Shown: positions 1 through 15,164 of the stretch, piece after piece
Layout: the number at the start of each line of letters is the position of its first letter
Position numbering within the stretch: the stretch's first letter is position 1
Assembly: GCA_904063045.1 (NCBI GenBank)
Contig: CAJFCJ010000009.1
Span: 2,480,968-2,544,967, forward strand
DNA from: Dimorphilus gyrociliatus
Lineage: Eukaryota; Animalia; Annelida
Length of the DNA stretch: 64,000 nt
Direction: 5' to 3'
The notes under the pieces: model-generated
The model's input: the letters and a program-made list of their open reading frames with translations, nothing else
What the model was told of the DNA's origin: nothing
Databases searched by the model: none
Position numbers and translations under genes: made by a program

Positions 1-2514
1 AACTGCTGTCGCCTGGTTCCTCATGGTGCTCTAGTTTTTTTTCCAAGCTATTACGTAATGGAATCAAATATTAAATTTTGGACTGTAAGTAATTTTTGGG
101 AATAAACAAACACCAAAATGATGAATGAATAAATGAATTAACTATGTTAATTTTAAAAGGCAGAGAATTCATTTCAAAAACTCGATGGAATTAAGAAAAT
201 CCACACAGAACCACGAACTAAAAATGAGCTAACAAGCGCAATGAATTCCTACTACGAGCATATTAATAATAAGGTTGGCGGTCTCTTTATGGCCGTTTGT
301 CGTGGTAAGGTTAGTTGAATTGTTATAGAAATTTTGACCTTTATTCACCTTATTCCTATATGCCTATTCAAATGAAGGTCAGCGAAGGATTAGATTTTGC
401 TAATGATAATGGCAGAGCAGTTTTCATTACTGGAATACCATATCCTGCAAAAAACGACCCAAGAGTCGTTCATAAAATGAAGTATTTGGACGAATCAAAT
501 ATATCAAAGAAACAAGTAGTTACAAAAAAACAACTAGCCTTGAAGCTTTTTATACTTTTTATTTATCTTTATTGAAGGGCTTAACCGGAAACGACTGGTA
601 TAATTTACAGGCTACTAGGGCTGTTAATCAGGCTATTGGTCGTATTATTCGTCATAAAAATGACTTTGGCGCTATTATTCTATGCGATGAAAGGTTATTT
701 ATTCAAAATATTATTGTCTATTATCTCTTTTCTAGATCTATTATTTAAATAGATTCGCCGATAAGTCAAGAAGGTCCCAATTACCATTATGGATTCAACC
801 TAAAGTTCAGGTTATCGATAATTTTGGTACTGTTGTTAAAGAATTAAGGAGCTTTTTTGAAAAAACTAAAGAAATAGTTAATAAAATTTATTTCCTTCCT
901 TCTCTTTTTCTTTTTAATTAATATTTTTTTAATATAGAAAACAGAAATAAAGAGATCTGTTCCAATTAGCAATGAAGATATTGGAGCTAATAGGACTCTT
1001 GTTGAGAAAAAAATAAAAAGAGAATTTTCCAATTTGCCTGGTGCTTTTGAAAATGTTGATCATCTCAAAGGAGTTGATTTAAACGATGCTACAAAAAGCT
1101 ACGGACACGGGCTCAGATGCGAATCATCTGATTCTATCTTTTCTCCATTTACTGACAAGGTATATTGAAAAGAAACCGAGTGGAATTGTAACGTCTTCCG
1201 TTCTATGCCCTTTATTATTCCCTTATTTTAGGTTTCGACTGATGTTATCAACTTCAGAGACCGTCCTAGAAAGAGAGAAGTAAACATTTATTTTTATCTT
1301 TTTAGGCTAATAAATGCGAAAATTAATTTCTGTTGTTTCTTCTTTTCTCCTGCTAAAAGGGTCAGGAAATTCTACAGCAAGTTCGAACCAAGAAAACAAA
1401 AATTGTCATTAAAGTATACTATAAATAAATTTCCCCTTAAGAATATCGCTTGACCTTTGACCCATATTTCTTTAAAGAGAACCGATAAAAGGGCTAAAAA
1501 TTGCGAAACTGCCGAAGGTTTATTAGGAGCTGTTGGTTGAATAATTTGCATTTGTTATTATTTCTAGAATCTCTTTATCATAGCTCTTTCTCATTTTACA
1601 GTTGAAAGATAACTTGGCTAAGGAAACTTACGATAAATTTAGACGTGAGCTGGATAGTTTTACGAAATCTAAAGACTTTTCAGTCTTTTCAAATGTCCTT
1701 AGAGAGATATTTACTGGAAATAACGCCTTATTTGATGTGTTTAAGGGTAATAGCAATATCTAAATTGTCACCATGATTTTCCGTGGGGATGAGAGATTTT
1801 AAGGGAAGACCCATTTATACAAAATTTCTGCTTTTTTTTTTTCAAAAGGGTTATTCTCATTTTTCCCAACGGAATTTAGGGAAGAATACAATCAATTATT
1901 CAAGAGCATTACTGGAAAAAGACTGGCTATTGATCCTCAAAAAATTAAGAAAAATGAAAATAGCCAGAGTAGTCAAGAAACTAAAAAGGAACCTGACGGA
2001 GAAGAAAACCGCAAAGTTGAAGATGTTGAGCAGGCTAACGAGACAGAAGTAAAAAGTTGTGAGATTATAGATAATGAAGGTGATAATAATACAAATGTAG
2101 AGGAATTGTGTCGACTAAAAGTTGAAAAGAGTGAAGAAAGGGATAAGCTTAAAATAAGCAAAGGTAATTTTTCGACTTTCTACGGATTCTATGATCATTT
2201 TATCTTTGTTTTCTCTTTGCAAATTAATTTTTTATTGTACATTTAAAAGGTTACAACTGTAATCTGTGTACTAAGAGCGCTGTTGCACCTCTGAAAAACA
2301 AATGTGGTCACGTATGCTGCTATAATTGTTGGAAAAGCCTTAAAAAAGTTAGTTTTCTTTTTTGTTGATGATATATTCTAAAAAAAAAATTATAAAACCT
2401 AAGGATAAAAGATTCTGCCCTGGTTGTCCACCCTCCTGCCGCGATAAGATAAGATATAAGAACTTATCCAGGATTTATTTCCTTAACCCGGAAGTCTTCA
2501 ACGAAAACCCATAA
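1..2514 (+). CDS. RTEL1: Regulator of telomere elongation helicase 1, 3' part, multi-exon, 5'-truncated by window
   Basis: Spliced translation gives [76 protein letters not shown] and [28 protein letters not shown] (RTEL1-type rather than FANCJ). These are followed by a harmonin-N-like segment (~1601-1747) and a C-terminal RING ([19 protein letters not shown]). Stop TAA at 2512-2514. Confidence 0.9.
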
Positions 2515-3060
2515 AAATAATATCAATAAAATACTAAAACATCAGTTTCTGCTTTCTTATTTTTCTTTTTGAAGATTTCACCTTCATATTTCTTATATTA
2601 TTGATAAATATAGAAAAAAATCTTGCTAACTTCAGCTTTTAAATATAGTATAAAAATATACAGAATAATACACTATATCATAATACTAAACTGTATATGT
2701 CCATATAGTGCAAAAACGAAAAGTTTACAAAGTTAATATAGAATAAGAAACAGCGCACTGCAAAGATAAAGGATACTACAGCATAATAATACTAATATAT
2801 AAATATTTATATTTAATATTTCCAGGAGTTTTGCAGGTAAGAAAACGAAGTAAAAGTGTAACCGAAATCAACTTTTTTTATATTTAATTCTATCTTGTTA
2901 TTAACAAAAAAAAAAACAAACAAACAATTTGGAATTGTAAAATTTTTATCAACCTAGTTTGCAAACTTTATGAAAGACCTGTAAAAGGGAAAAAAGATTG
3001 CTGAAGATATGGCTATACTTGGATATCAAAGAACAAGAAGAAAGAGTAAAAAAAATATCG

Positions 3061-6000
3061 TCAATCATCTTTCTTGCTTTCAGCCCTGTAAGAAAAAAAG
3101 AAAAGAATAAGATATAATAGAATTTTGTCAATTAAAACTGTTAAAAAAAAAGAATGAACCTGTTGACTTCTCCATTACTTGATTGTGGGTCTTTCGCAAG
3201 TTTAATTAGTTTGCCTCTTACCAAGAACCAGACAATCAGCATAATGTGTAGTATATACCAAACTTCCCAGTAAACCTTGAAAATGAGAAAAAAAGAAATT
3301 TATTCAACCGTTCAATTGGGAAATATCCCCTAACACTTACCACTCCCCATTTGTCAGCAGAGAACAAAGCGAAGCTAACCAGGGCGTAAGATAGAACAAA
3401 CTGTGTATATATCTTTCCTATAACCGATAGGCACAATCCAAAACTAGGATTTGAGATCTTTTGCCGTATCATAGAATTACTCTTGCAGATATTAATAAGC
3501 TAAAAAAATATATAAAAAAAAGTATATATTAAACTATATTGGGAATATCTAGATAAATAGACAGATTTCAGCCTATAAAAAGTGCCAAATCGATCTTAAC
3601 AATGTAATTGTCACGAAATTTTTTTAATTTTCTTTTTCGATATTTACGGTGGATCAAAAACAAATCTCTCAAAATGAAACAACTAAGAAAGAAATAGTTG
3701 TCGGTAAAGAAGAAAGAGAGAGAGAGAGAGAGACAGAAAGAGAAAATAAAAAAAAAAATTTTTTTGTACTTAATATTCGACGACTTTATTCGTTTTACGC
3801 AATTTGTTAAACAAATAGGCCTACCCAATCTACTGAGGGAGATAATTACTCAGGGGAAAACTATATGGCGTGCGTAAATTTGATCTGTCCTTCTTCGTCC
3901 CCCAATAGATGTTCCTAATGGTATAGGTTTCCAGTTTAATTATAGGAAGACTAATATTTTATATACGTTATTCATCAGTTGGATTAAATTGTCACTGGAA
4001 TATAGTTTTCTTTTTCTTTAACTTTAAATATTCGTAATCTTTAGACAAGGGAATACAGTAGAAAGACAAAAAATGAAAAGAGAAATAAGATAGACAGATT
4101 ATATTATTTATAGGATTGAGCAGTATTGCTCTATAATGGACAAGCAAATTCTGAGCCTTAGGGAAGTATAAAGGCGAAAAGTTAAGAAGGGGAAGTAATA
4201 AAAGTAATATATAATGTATATACCTAATTTTCTTTATCAACTATACAGTATTGAGCAATAAGAGTTTCTACTTACATCTTTTTCAAAACCAACAATAAAG
4301 AATTCAAGGCCAAAATTCATAAAATACCCTGAATGTAAACCATGCCATATAGCTAAAAAGAATAAGGAAGAAACTTGTGATAGAGTCTTATTTCCCAGAA
4401 ATCTAAGCCTTTTGTAAACATTCCTATGAAGAGGATAGAAAACAAAGATTGAGGTACAAAATAAAAAGGTTAAAACAATAAATACTTTGCAACCCAGGAG
4501 TTTGTTTTTTGATTAAACGATTCAATGACTTGTGTTGTTGTTGAGGCGGTTTCGTATTTTTTTACATGTACGTTAGCGCAGCCATTCCATAGAATATTAC
4601 CATTTTCATCTTTACCATTATAAGTGAGACCAGTCAGCATGCAGCTTCCTTCTGTTATTAACCAGCATCCAATATATTTATATAGCATAAACTTTCCCCA
4701 AATAGTGATTATAACCAATTTTGTTAACATGGAATGTTGCTGTAGAAGGATAAAAGTACTTAAATACGAAAACTTGACACAAAGATATAATAAGATAAAT
4801 TGGTAAGTGAAAATAAACTATAACAATACAGGATTCTAGTTACAGTATACTACTGTATATTGGCATACACAGTATGTGAATAATGGACAAAATTTACACA
4901 ATTTACATTAAACTTTACTACTGATCATTTATACGATTTACTTTTAATAGATTAGGAAGATCTATTATCTAAGATCGTCTTTAACAAAGTAAAATCAATA
5001 ATTTTGTCGAAAGATAATTTGCCCATTAAGCTTTACTTAAAAAACAGTGTAACTGCTATCTTCCTCTCTATAAATATATATATATATATATATAAGTATT
5101 AGTATGTTTATCATAAAGTTTATATTTAGATTGTGAGTAACTTAAAAGCTTTTTTTTTTTAAATTAAAGCAGCGTCTATGACATTGTCTGGTGCAAAGGT
5201 CAAGTTATAAAATGTTTTATCTCAAGTTACAGTTATTTTGCTTGGCTTATGCTTGTAATTAATCATAATGTAGGTAGGATCGGATAGTGAAAATGATAAA
5301 AATAGAGAGAAAGAGAGATGGAAAGTAAAAGTTTAAATAGTTACAGCAAAACTCTCAGACAGCAAATACGTATTTGGTAGCAAAATAGCAGTCAGCTGGA
5401 AGATAAACGTATATGTCACGCCTGCGCTGAGCCTCAGTAAAGCAGCTTTTGTGCTGTCAGAGAATCAATAAAAAAACAATTTAATAAATAAAACATTTAA
5501 CAAAATAAATATAGTTATATATTGATATATATATCAAATAAATATACCTATCTGGTATTGTACCAGATACTTTATCGTTAAAATCTCCATTAACAAGTTG
5601 TAAATATCTATGCATAGAAAATTGGGGTCCAACAAGAAAACCCCCAAAATAATAAGTATAACCAAATACTGCAATTATGGATGGCAACTTGGATAATGCT
5701 GTGTCGGTATTTCCCTTTGATTTCTGAAAGGTTTTTATAAAGTATTTAGCTGTTAATAGGTCGTAATTTTATAAAAGTTATCTTTCATAAATTTTTTAAT
5801 AAAATATCTTATTACACATAAAAAAGACATACTTTCTTCCCGTCCATAACGTCAAAGGCTAAACCAATTAATTTTAATGTAAGGACACATTGAGGTGTTG
5901 TCCAGCTGATGGAATAGTCGCTTTTCATTGTTAAGTAATAACCAACAGACAAATAGGTCTTTTTTTTTTTTAAAAAAAAAGCAGAAAGAAAGAAGAAATA

Positions 6001-6609
6001 CAAATTATATTATTATTTAATTTGATGAATTGAGTATAATTTTTTTTTACCATTTGGAAAACGAAACATATTAATACTGATGTATTTGTACCACCAAAAA
6101 TCAAGAGTAAGAAGTACGTAAACAATATTGCAATTATCGAATGGACACACTCAAACAATCCTAAAGGGGAATAAGTTTTATCTTAAGAGATTGAAAATAT
6201 GAAAAATAAATTGTTTTATAGACTGTTACCGAAATTGAAATAGGCAAGGTACAAGCCACAACAAATAAAATAGAAGTGTTGAAAGTTGGTATTTTTTCCA
6301 TAAATATAACGTTTGTAAACAAAAGCCAAGGGGTAACCTGTAAAAGTAATAAAAATACTTCGATAGTCAAAAAATCTTTTTTGGAAGACACTTTTAAATT
6401 GCAAAACATTGTTTACACACGTGTTTCGAACAAAGTCACAAAGATACCATCTGGCATATTCAATGTCAAACTGATTTTGAGTATATTTTAAAAAGCAATA
6501 TAATAAAAATTTAAAAACCTGCTATTAGTGAAAACAATAATCGCAAAGATGCGTCTGTTGCTCCGAGAAAGGTAGCTAATTGAGCAATATATGTATTATT
6601 GTCGTCCAT
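3061..6609 (-). CDS. LPCAT3: Lysophospholipid acyltransferase 5 (MBOAT family), multi-exon
   Basis: ATG at 6609 (MDDNNTYIAQLATFLGATDASLRLLFSLIAG), then GYPLAFVYKRY, WTTPQCVLTLKLIGLAFD, GGFLVGPQFSMHRY, WGKFMLYKYIGCWLITEGSC and the catalytic LAIWHGLHSGY. Last exon RAESKKDD*. Confidence 0.92.
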
Positions 6610-6812
6610 AGCAAACAAGTTCGGACTATCCGCTTTTCCGGTTGGCGCGCTGACAATTTCCTAACGGCCTCGCTTAAATATGAGGTGAGCTATGACCAAC
6701 AAATTGCAAATTCTACAGTCGCCATCTAGTATTACCGGAGAGTACATGTGCGGGTACTTTTATTTCGTAATTTCCAGTTTCTTCAATTGTTCAAAAGTAA
6801 ATTGAAATACAA
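6610..6812. promoter_or_regulatory. Putative bidirectional promoter LPCAT3/MSTO1
   Basis: 203 bp between divergent ATGs, GC-richer than the flanks. Contains TTGGCGCGC (E2F-like) and CGCCATCTAGT (CTCF/YY1-like). Confidence 0.6.
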
Positions 6813-8266
6813 ATGTCAAGTTTATGTAGAGAACTTGTTACTATTCATTGCGGTAATTATGCTAATTATATAGGCTGTCAATGGTGGAGTTTACAAGTAA
6901 GTTGAGATATTCAATTTGAAAATGTTGAGTATATAGTAATGAGAATTTTTATAGGAAATAGCTTTTCACTATGCAACATCTTACGACAAAGTTGAAAAAT
7001 TTAAGGATATCAATCCCGATGTTACTCACAGAGAGGGCAAAACCCTTAGTGGTGATATTACCTACACTCCAAGAGTTATTTCTTTAGATTTTAAAGAAAA
7101 TATCGGTCATCGACCAGAAAGTGATCTGTATCGTGTAAAACCAATACAAGAATCTGAGTTAAATCAATGTTTCGACGGTAAAGCTGACGTTCATAAGGAG
7201 GAGGTTCTTCAAGAGTCTTGGACAAAATATTTATCTACACGATATCATCCAAAATCATTAATTTCACTCAATGCTCATCAAAATCCTATACCTTACCAAT
7301 TTGGCTACGAACTTTATGCAAAACATCTTAGAGATATTGAAGATTCCTTGTATTTTTTTGTTGAAGAATGCGACAATATGCAAGGAGTTATTCTAATGTC
7401 TGATGGAAATTCTTTCGGAGGTCTATCAGAAAAAATTAACGAATTATTAACAGATGAAATTGGAGTACCCGTTATTTATTCAATGCCGATATGGAATAAT
7501 TCAGTTGGAGAGGATTATAGAAGTAGTTTATTAAATAATATCTTTTCCCTGTCTTCAACGTTTCAAAATAGTTCGTCTGTATTATCTTTGGAATCTTCCA
7601 TGATTCTCAACTTTCTCCAATCCAATGGTATCAACGTAAGTCTCTTAATTTCTAATACTATTCTCTGTCCTTGAATAATTGACAATTTTTTTCTTGTCAA
7701 AGGAATTGAATATGGATGCTAGAACTTCTTCAATCATTGCAAGCTTTATTGATACAACTCTTTTACCAATAAGGAGAAAAGAGAATAGTTTAACACTAAT
7801 CGATCATATTAATGATGTAAATGTTGGAACAAAACGTTTACATTCTGGCTATATAAAATTCCAAACGGAGAAAAATGAATTTGGATTTTCAGTATCACCA
7901 CAAGGCCCATCAACTGATAAATATTATTCGAGAGTTTTTGTTGAAAGAGGAAAATTCGACAAGCTTACAAAGAGAGATACAAATTTAACAAAAACCCACG
8001 AATTTCATAATCATCCGTTAATAGTTAACAAGATCTTGAACGATGTGTTGGAAACTACTAATAGTTATGAATTAAATATTGAAGGAGAATTAACAAACGA
8101 TGCTAATAATGTTGATTTCTTAAAGAAGTTAACAACTAATACTAGTAAAATTGACTATAGAAGAATTCCAGCTTTTGCAACTCTTGAAAAAGATGTTTTG
8201 GATGATAACTTGACCATTTTAAACAGTGTCATTGACTTATATCAAAATAGAGATGATATGATCTAA
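6813..8266 (+). CDS. MSTO1: Misato homolog (tubulin/FtsZ-like), 3 exons
   Basis: Exon 1 MSSLCRELVTIHCGNYANYIGCQWWSLQ matches the Misato N-terminus. Later FFVEECDNMQGVILMSDGNSFGG. GT-AG introns near 6897-6954 and 7630-7700. Confidence 0.85.
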
Positions 8267-8488
8267 AAAAACGCTCTTTTAAGATGTAATGTATCATATT
8301 TTGTCCCATCAAATTTTTTATTATATTACACGGTTCCTTTTGAATTTCCCTCTTCTTTTGAACGGTAAAACAATAATTAAAAGAAAGTTAATTAATATAA
8401 TACAATTTGTAATGTTCTATTTTTAATATTCGTTGAAAGGACAAAAGAAAAATAAACAAATGAAAAAACAGAAGAGAAAGTACAACAG

Positions 8489-11400
8489 CTACTGTACCAA
8501 GTTAATATTAATATGGTGCATTACGTCTCGCACGTATTGGGCTAAAGTACACTCTGTCCTAGGAGTTGGATGCATATTGTTCATTTGTTCTAACAAAGTT
8601 TTGGCTTGTTCTGTTATACTTAAAACTTTCGGCCTTGTTTGAATCGCTTGACGATTCTGAGGGGGTAACATTGTAAGCTTATTCGAATGAGCATCGTAGA
8701 CGAAGGCGAGGACAAATGCCAATTCTTTAGGTGTACCTTGAGCCGGGGTCAGAGAAAACTCCATCATAAATATACACTTTCTTCGATCTCGAGAGAGAAT
8801 AAACGTGGGATAACCGGGCAGTGATTGTATAGGAGCGTCAGTAACAGGATAGCTCAATAAAAGTTTAAAATGAAAATGATTGTGATTAGGTTGAAATTCC
8901 AACTTCATAAGATGAATAAGATCCTTAAGAATACGGACGGGAACGCAAAGAAGAGTTATAAATGAAGAGAGAACTGACATTTTATAAGGAGGGCAGGCGA
9001 CTTTCGCATCAAAAATTCTTTCTAAGTTCAAGGCATCATCTCTCTCTAAACCTGGCATAGCGGGATCACTTGTAACTTGGAAGCGTAAAACCTGCATATG
9101 CTGGGCATCCAAAGATATTTTATAGGTCAATGAGTCACTTTTAAAAACAGTCGATAGCCTATCTGGACTTTGCAACTGAGTTAGTATTCCACATTTTTCC
9201 TTGATCAATTGCGCAATTTTCCTCCTCTGAGCAGCACAAGCCAGAAACCTTTCGAGAGCAGAGCAATACACTGTATTACTTGGATTAACACCGGACGGCG
9301 GTGGGCCAGGCGTCATTAACCTAGAGAGAGCTTGATAGGAAAGGAGAGTTGATAAACCGCCTTGGACTTGAGTTTGGTTAACTTGAGGCTTTGCTTCAGT
9401 TCTCCATGCTGTGGCTGGACTTGGTAAAAGGGCTGGAGATGCTGGAAGATTGGGATCCTGCGGTGATGCTCCTGGTATTGTTAGATCATTAGATATTCTA
9501 GCTATGCCGTCATTTAAAGGACTCATTGGATGATCATCGTCGGCAACCGAATGACGCCGATTCGGTAAAACTGCTTCGTCGACGTACATGTTGAGGAAGG
9601 AATATAATTGAGGTATGCTTTGAATAGTTTGGAGTAGCGATTGATGTAATTTTGCGTCTCTCACGTATACAGCTTGGCTGTTGGGTGCTGCAGTAACATC
9701 CAAAAGGAATATATTTCTATACATAATTCGCAATTGTTGCGTTGATTGTACTATAATGCTGAATACTGGAGAGGGCTTTTCACTTGTTGTTACCAAGTGC
9801 AACGAAGTGTTCAATTTGGACACTGATGCATACATTTCGCATGTATCGGATAGAACACGTGCTAATTCGACTAAATCGGAGGTTTCCTGTAACATTTTCT
9901 GTAAATGAACGGCAGCTAGAATATGAGGATTGGATGATGTTGCTGATCCAGAACAGCCAAGATTTAACTTCAAAGAACTATTAGGCGCTTTCATAATAGA
10001 GGCACAATAACATTTTGACGGTCCATAACAGAATTGAAGTCTCTTAAAAGTGAAACTGCTGAACTGTATAGATTGTTGCAAGCTGGGGCATTGTTTATAC
10101 GCAACGGCTAGTTTATGAGTAGGTCCGTAGAGGGAGGCTAAACAGGATAAGTCCTTGAGAAAGCAGTCAGCAACCACCTCAATGGTGTCAGATAAATCGT
10201 ATAAAGTTTGAACATAATTTGCCATGTGAGTCATATCGCTGCAAATATCTCTCAAAACATTCTTTGCAAAAGTCATCTCAACAAGCCATTTTTCATTAAC
10301 CCGTTTATGTATATGAAATTTACATTGAATAATGTTATTCTGAAATAATTCCATACTCTCTTTATCAACATCAGGCAAAGATGGGAATGAATTGACTCCA
10401 AGAGTAAGATGAGTTTGAGAATCGTCTAAAATAACGCCACTATGATGAACATTTCGTTTCCTCAATTCTTCGGCTAATGCGGTGAAAAGTATTCTATCTT
10501 GAATATCCGATAGAACATCAGCAAATTCTGTATTGTAGTGCCGAAAGACATGATCGTCTGTCGCTTTTCTTTTAGGTTCTTTAGCTGTGAATCGATTTTT
10601 CATATATTTTACTGAAATTTCATCAATATTCGTTACATCTTCAATTTTTATATAGTAACTATCTTCTGATTCCTTTGATGTTTTTAGAAGAAAATAAGAC
10701 GTTTTAATAGTTCTATCATCAACAGCAATAAAATCAACAGCCAAATAATATTGCCCTCTAAGGGCGTTCATAGCAATTGGAACAAAACAGGCGTATTTTG
10801 TAAAGTGAGACTTTAATTCATCAGGAGAATAAACTGGTAGAATTGTTATAAAATCTTTTCCAAAAGATCTTGCTGCTAATTCGTATCGTTTACGTATAAT
10901 TTCATATCTGTTTGAAATAAGAAGAAAGATAAAATATAAGCCAATACAGAATAATAAGAAAAGAAAACTATTAATAATTAATACTTTATATCAGTAAGAA
11001 TCTCGCTAAAACCATTTCTTGTTGTTGAATTAACGCAATGTTGTAATCTTTTACAGCTAGAATGACTTAAAACTTCACAGGAGACAATATATTTTCCGGT
11101 TAGAACTTCGATTCCAACTAATAAATTTTCAATTATCGTTGAATTAGGAGTCATAGGCACGTGTAAAGTTATCGGTATACCGCTAACGGTACACGGACTA
11201 CTAGCGAATAATGTAAATTCTCTCATAAGTTCATTTAGTTTTGTGATTGATCTGCAAAATATAAAAATTAATAAAACTATGCTGTAATTAATAACTAAAA
11301 GCTACTTGGATATAAAAGAAATGAAGAGTAATATATAGATATTTACCTGACATGAACTATATGAATAAACAATTTGTCTATCGATAAATAATCACTTTTG

Positions 11401-12871
11401 ATAGCTGTTGATACTAAGGTCGATTCAGTTCCTTGAAGAGGTGGAATATGGGTAATTTTCAAAGGTTTAGACGGATCTTTTTCGTCAATATGAACCATCA
11501 ATTTAAACAATTTATCTAATTGGAGTGAATATTCAATAAAATATTAAATATATAGAGATTTTTACAAACCATTTTTTGAAAAATTCATCCTATTCTTTTC
11601 GCTAATGAATAAATAAGGAAAATAAGACAATTATCTTTAAATCAGGCAATGTTCAATGTTTTTTGTTACTTACCACCAATAGATTAGTGTTAATTTATGT
11701 CCTAGCATATATTGTTCAATATGAACAAAATTTTTCCATCTATCTTGTACCAAACGTAATGATTGAGAATATAAAACTTCTAATTGTAAACTTTGACAAA
11801 ATGAATGTAAAGTATTGTATAAATCGTGTAAAGGGGCTGTAGTATCCATTAATCGAGATTGAACTACATCCTTCAGATAGTTAATCTATATGAATGTTAG
11901 AGTGTAATGAATATTTAATGAAGTAATATATAAATTAGAAAACAATTTGTTTTACCTGTAAGGGATGAACAAGAGATCTACAAGCTCCAATCTCTGGATC
12001 CTGAACAAGGAATTCTAGCTTTAACAATTTCCAGGGTACGGTTGGAGAGTCACCGGTTAAAGTTAAGGATACCCGAAATTCATGATTCACAATGAATTTC
12101 ACAATACCATCATCTGGAGCAGGCGAATGTTTTACTTTTTTGGTTATTTAATACAAACATTAAATATTATAGTATGTAGTATATTTGTTAAATGCACTTA
12201 CCAAATGTTATTTGTCTCATCCTTTTTGGTAAAACCTGAGAAACCAAGCGCTGTTCTATAATATGCGATAGCCTATGCAAAGTTCTCTTTTTGTCATCCA
12301 TTGTAATTGGATCTGCAGGTACAATCCGTTCTTTTATACATGTCGGCATTCTTTTAAAAGTTCCAGTAGTTAAAACATCAACCGCAATCGGCAATGCAAA
12401 AGATGGTAACCGAGCGTTAACCAATGATTCCCTGGCCATTCTTGCCAACTGATCAGCACTATCAACAAAGTAAGCCGATTGTTGATCGAGAAACTGCATG
12501 ATAGCGCCGCATTTTTCTACTTTAGAAGCACCATTCGCCCATTTTACGAGTGCTAGAAGTCGAATAAAGAGATTCCTTGATCGGGAAGCGAATTGTAGAA
12601 TTTCTGTCTTCCTTTCCAGATCAGTTTTTCTGGGTAAACTATAAAGTAATAGTTGATAATATATTATTATGATCTTTCACTTCCTTAATTATTCAACTTA
12701 CATTTCACTCAAAATAAGCAATTCGTTGTAAGTTCTTTGCAATATCAAATCAAGGAGATTAGAGAGTGATACAATCTGTCCATTTCCACTCATTCCTCCG
12801 TGTGCTTGATTGCCCATGTATGGAATATTTCCACCCGGAATATGATCCATGTCCGATCTACTAACTTTCAT
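8489..12871 (-). CDS. MED14: Mediator complex subunit 14
   Basis: SLSNLLDLILQRTYNELLIL, LPRKTDLERK, FLDQQSAYFVDSADQLARMARESLVNARLPSFALPIAVDVLTTG. One very large terminal exon (~8489-10909). The start may extend to an upstream exon ending in ATG|gtaaat at 13397-13399. Confidence 0.93.
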
Positions 12872-13938
12872 GCTCTGTAAGAATGATTGATTGTTGATAA
12901 AAAACATTGTAGGTTAATTTCAATTTAATTAATTGATATTTATTGGATCCTGTTATGATTATGTATGCAAGCCGTATCGTAAACAGATAATACATTTAAG
13001 AATATATATCTATTTGCATATCTAGTGAATATTTTGATAGAAATCATTGAAAAATAGTAGTAGACCTACTCATAGAGATAACGATTTTACCTTGAATTTT
13101 ATCTAACCTTGCATAAACGATATAAAATCTATCACGGTTAAAACACATTCGTACGATCGGATTATCAAAAATGCAATCTATATATAGATAATCATTTAAA
13201 AATTACTTTTTATCCAATAAAATGCAATAGCAGATAGATCGATCGTAAGTGATCTGATCATTTATTTACTAGAAAACAAATATATACAACATAAACGAAA
13301 GGAACTATAGCGTACTACGATAATTATAGTATCGGAGCGATTATCAAAACAGTATTTTTTACTAATCGGCAGACAATAAAAAGTTATAGAATTTACCATG
13401 ATGTTAGGATCAATTTTATGATAAAAAAATTGAATATAGCCAATAATGTATCATTTCTTCGAAAGCATTTCTTATACAGGCGAACGGATGCGGAAGTAAA
13501 ATGATGACCTGGTACCCTGGTCATACATAATTTAAAATAAAGGGGCGCTGTGACTTCATTCTTCAATTAAAGATTGCAAATATATTAATTTCATACATTT
13601 CTTCCTTTCAAATACTACAAAGATTATTAATAATATAATACAAAGACAGTCTTTGAGAGTTTACGACAAATTAAAAAAGATAGCAGCAATTAAATTGAAA
13701 GAAAAGTGGTTTAGTTCTTTTTATTAATACATTCTGATTTTTATTTTACAATTATACATATCATTCAGGTTTTCAAGAGAAATCTATTATCAGTTTAAAA
13801 AAATACAAAGAAAACTTTATTTTACACACATCCTAACTTCTTTAACAGTCAACGTGCTATTTAGCAATACCAAGAGTTCCCGGATTACACGTGATACCAA
13901 CAATTCACCACGTTTAAGTTTTCAAAAGGTTTTTACCA

Positions 13939-14907
<969 letters not shown>

Positions 14908-15164
14908 TTTATGATAATACCATTTGCTTATCTATGTAACACACTTTTTGTTGGACTTATAAAAACATAATATATATATATATATATATATATAATATAC
15001 ATATATATATATATATACATATATTTGTTATTTTTTATAATCGTTTGCTTGAATACTGAATTGTGCAGATATTGACTTCTTAGCCACAATCGAAACTTCA
15101 CTATTTAATCATAATTAATTTATTCTATTAACATCAATAGTTGAAAACAAGTGTTGTCAACCTA

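Noticed and set aside
9681-9984. Plus-strand ORFs inside MED14 (similar ones occur inside ASCC2, ERCC5 and HGD)
   Set aside because: They are antisense shadows of real coding exons, with no independent homology or splice structure.
12062-12072. GTATCCTTAAC on the minus strand resembling a U12-type 5' splice site
   Set aside because: It lies inside conserved MED14 coding sequence (HEFRVSLTLTGDSPTVPW) and no intron is needed there.
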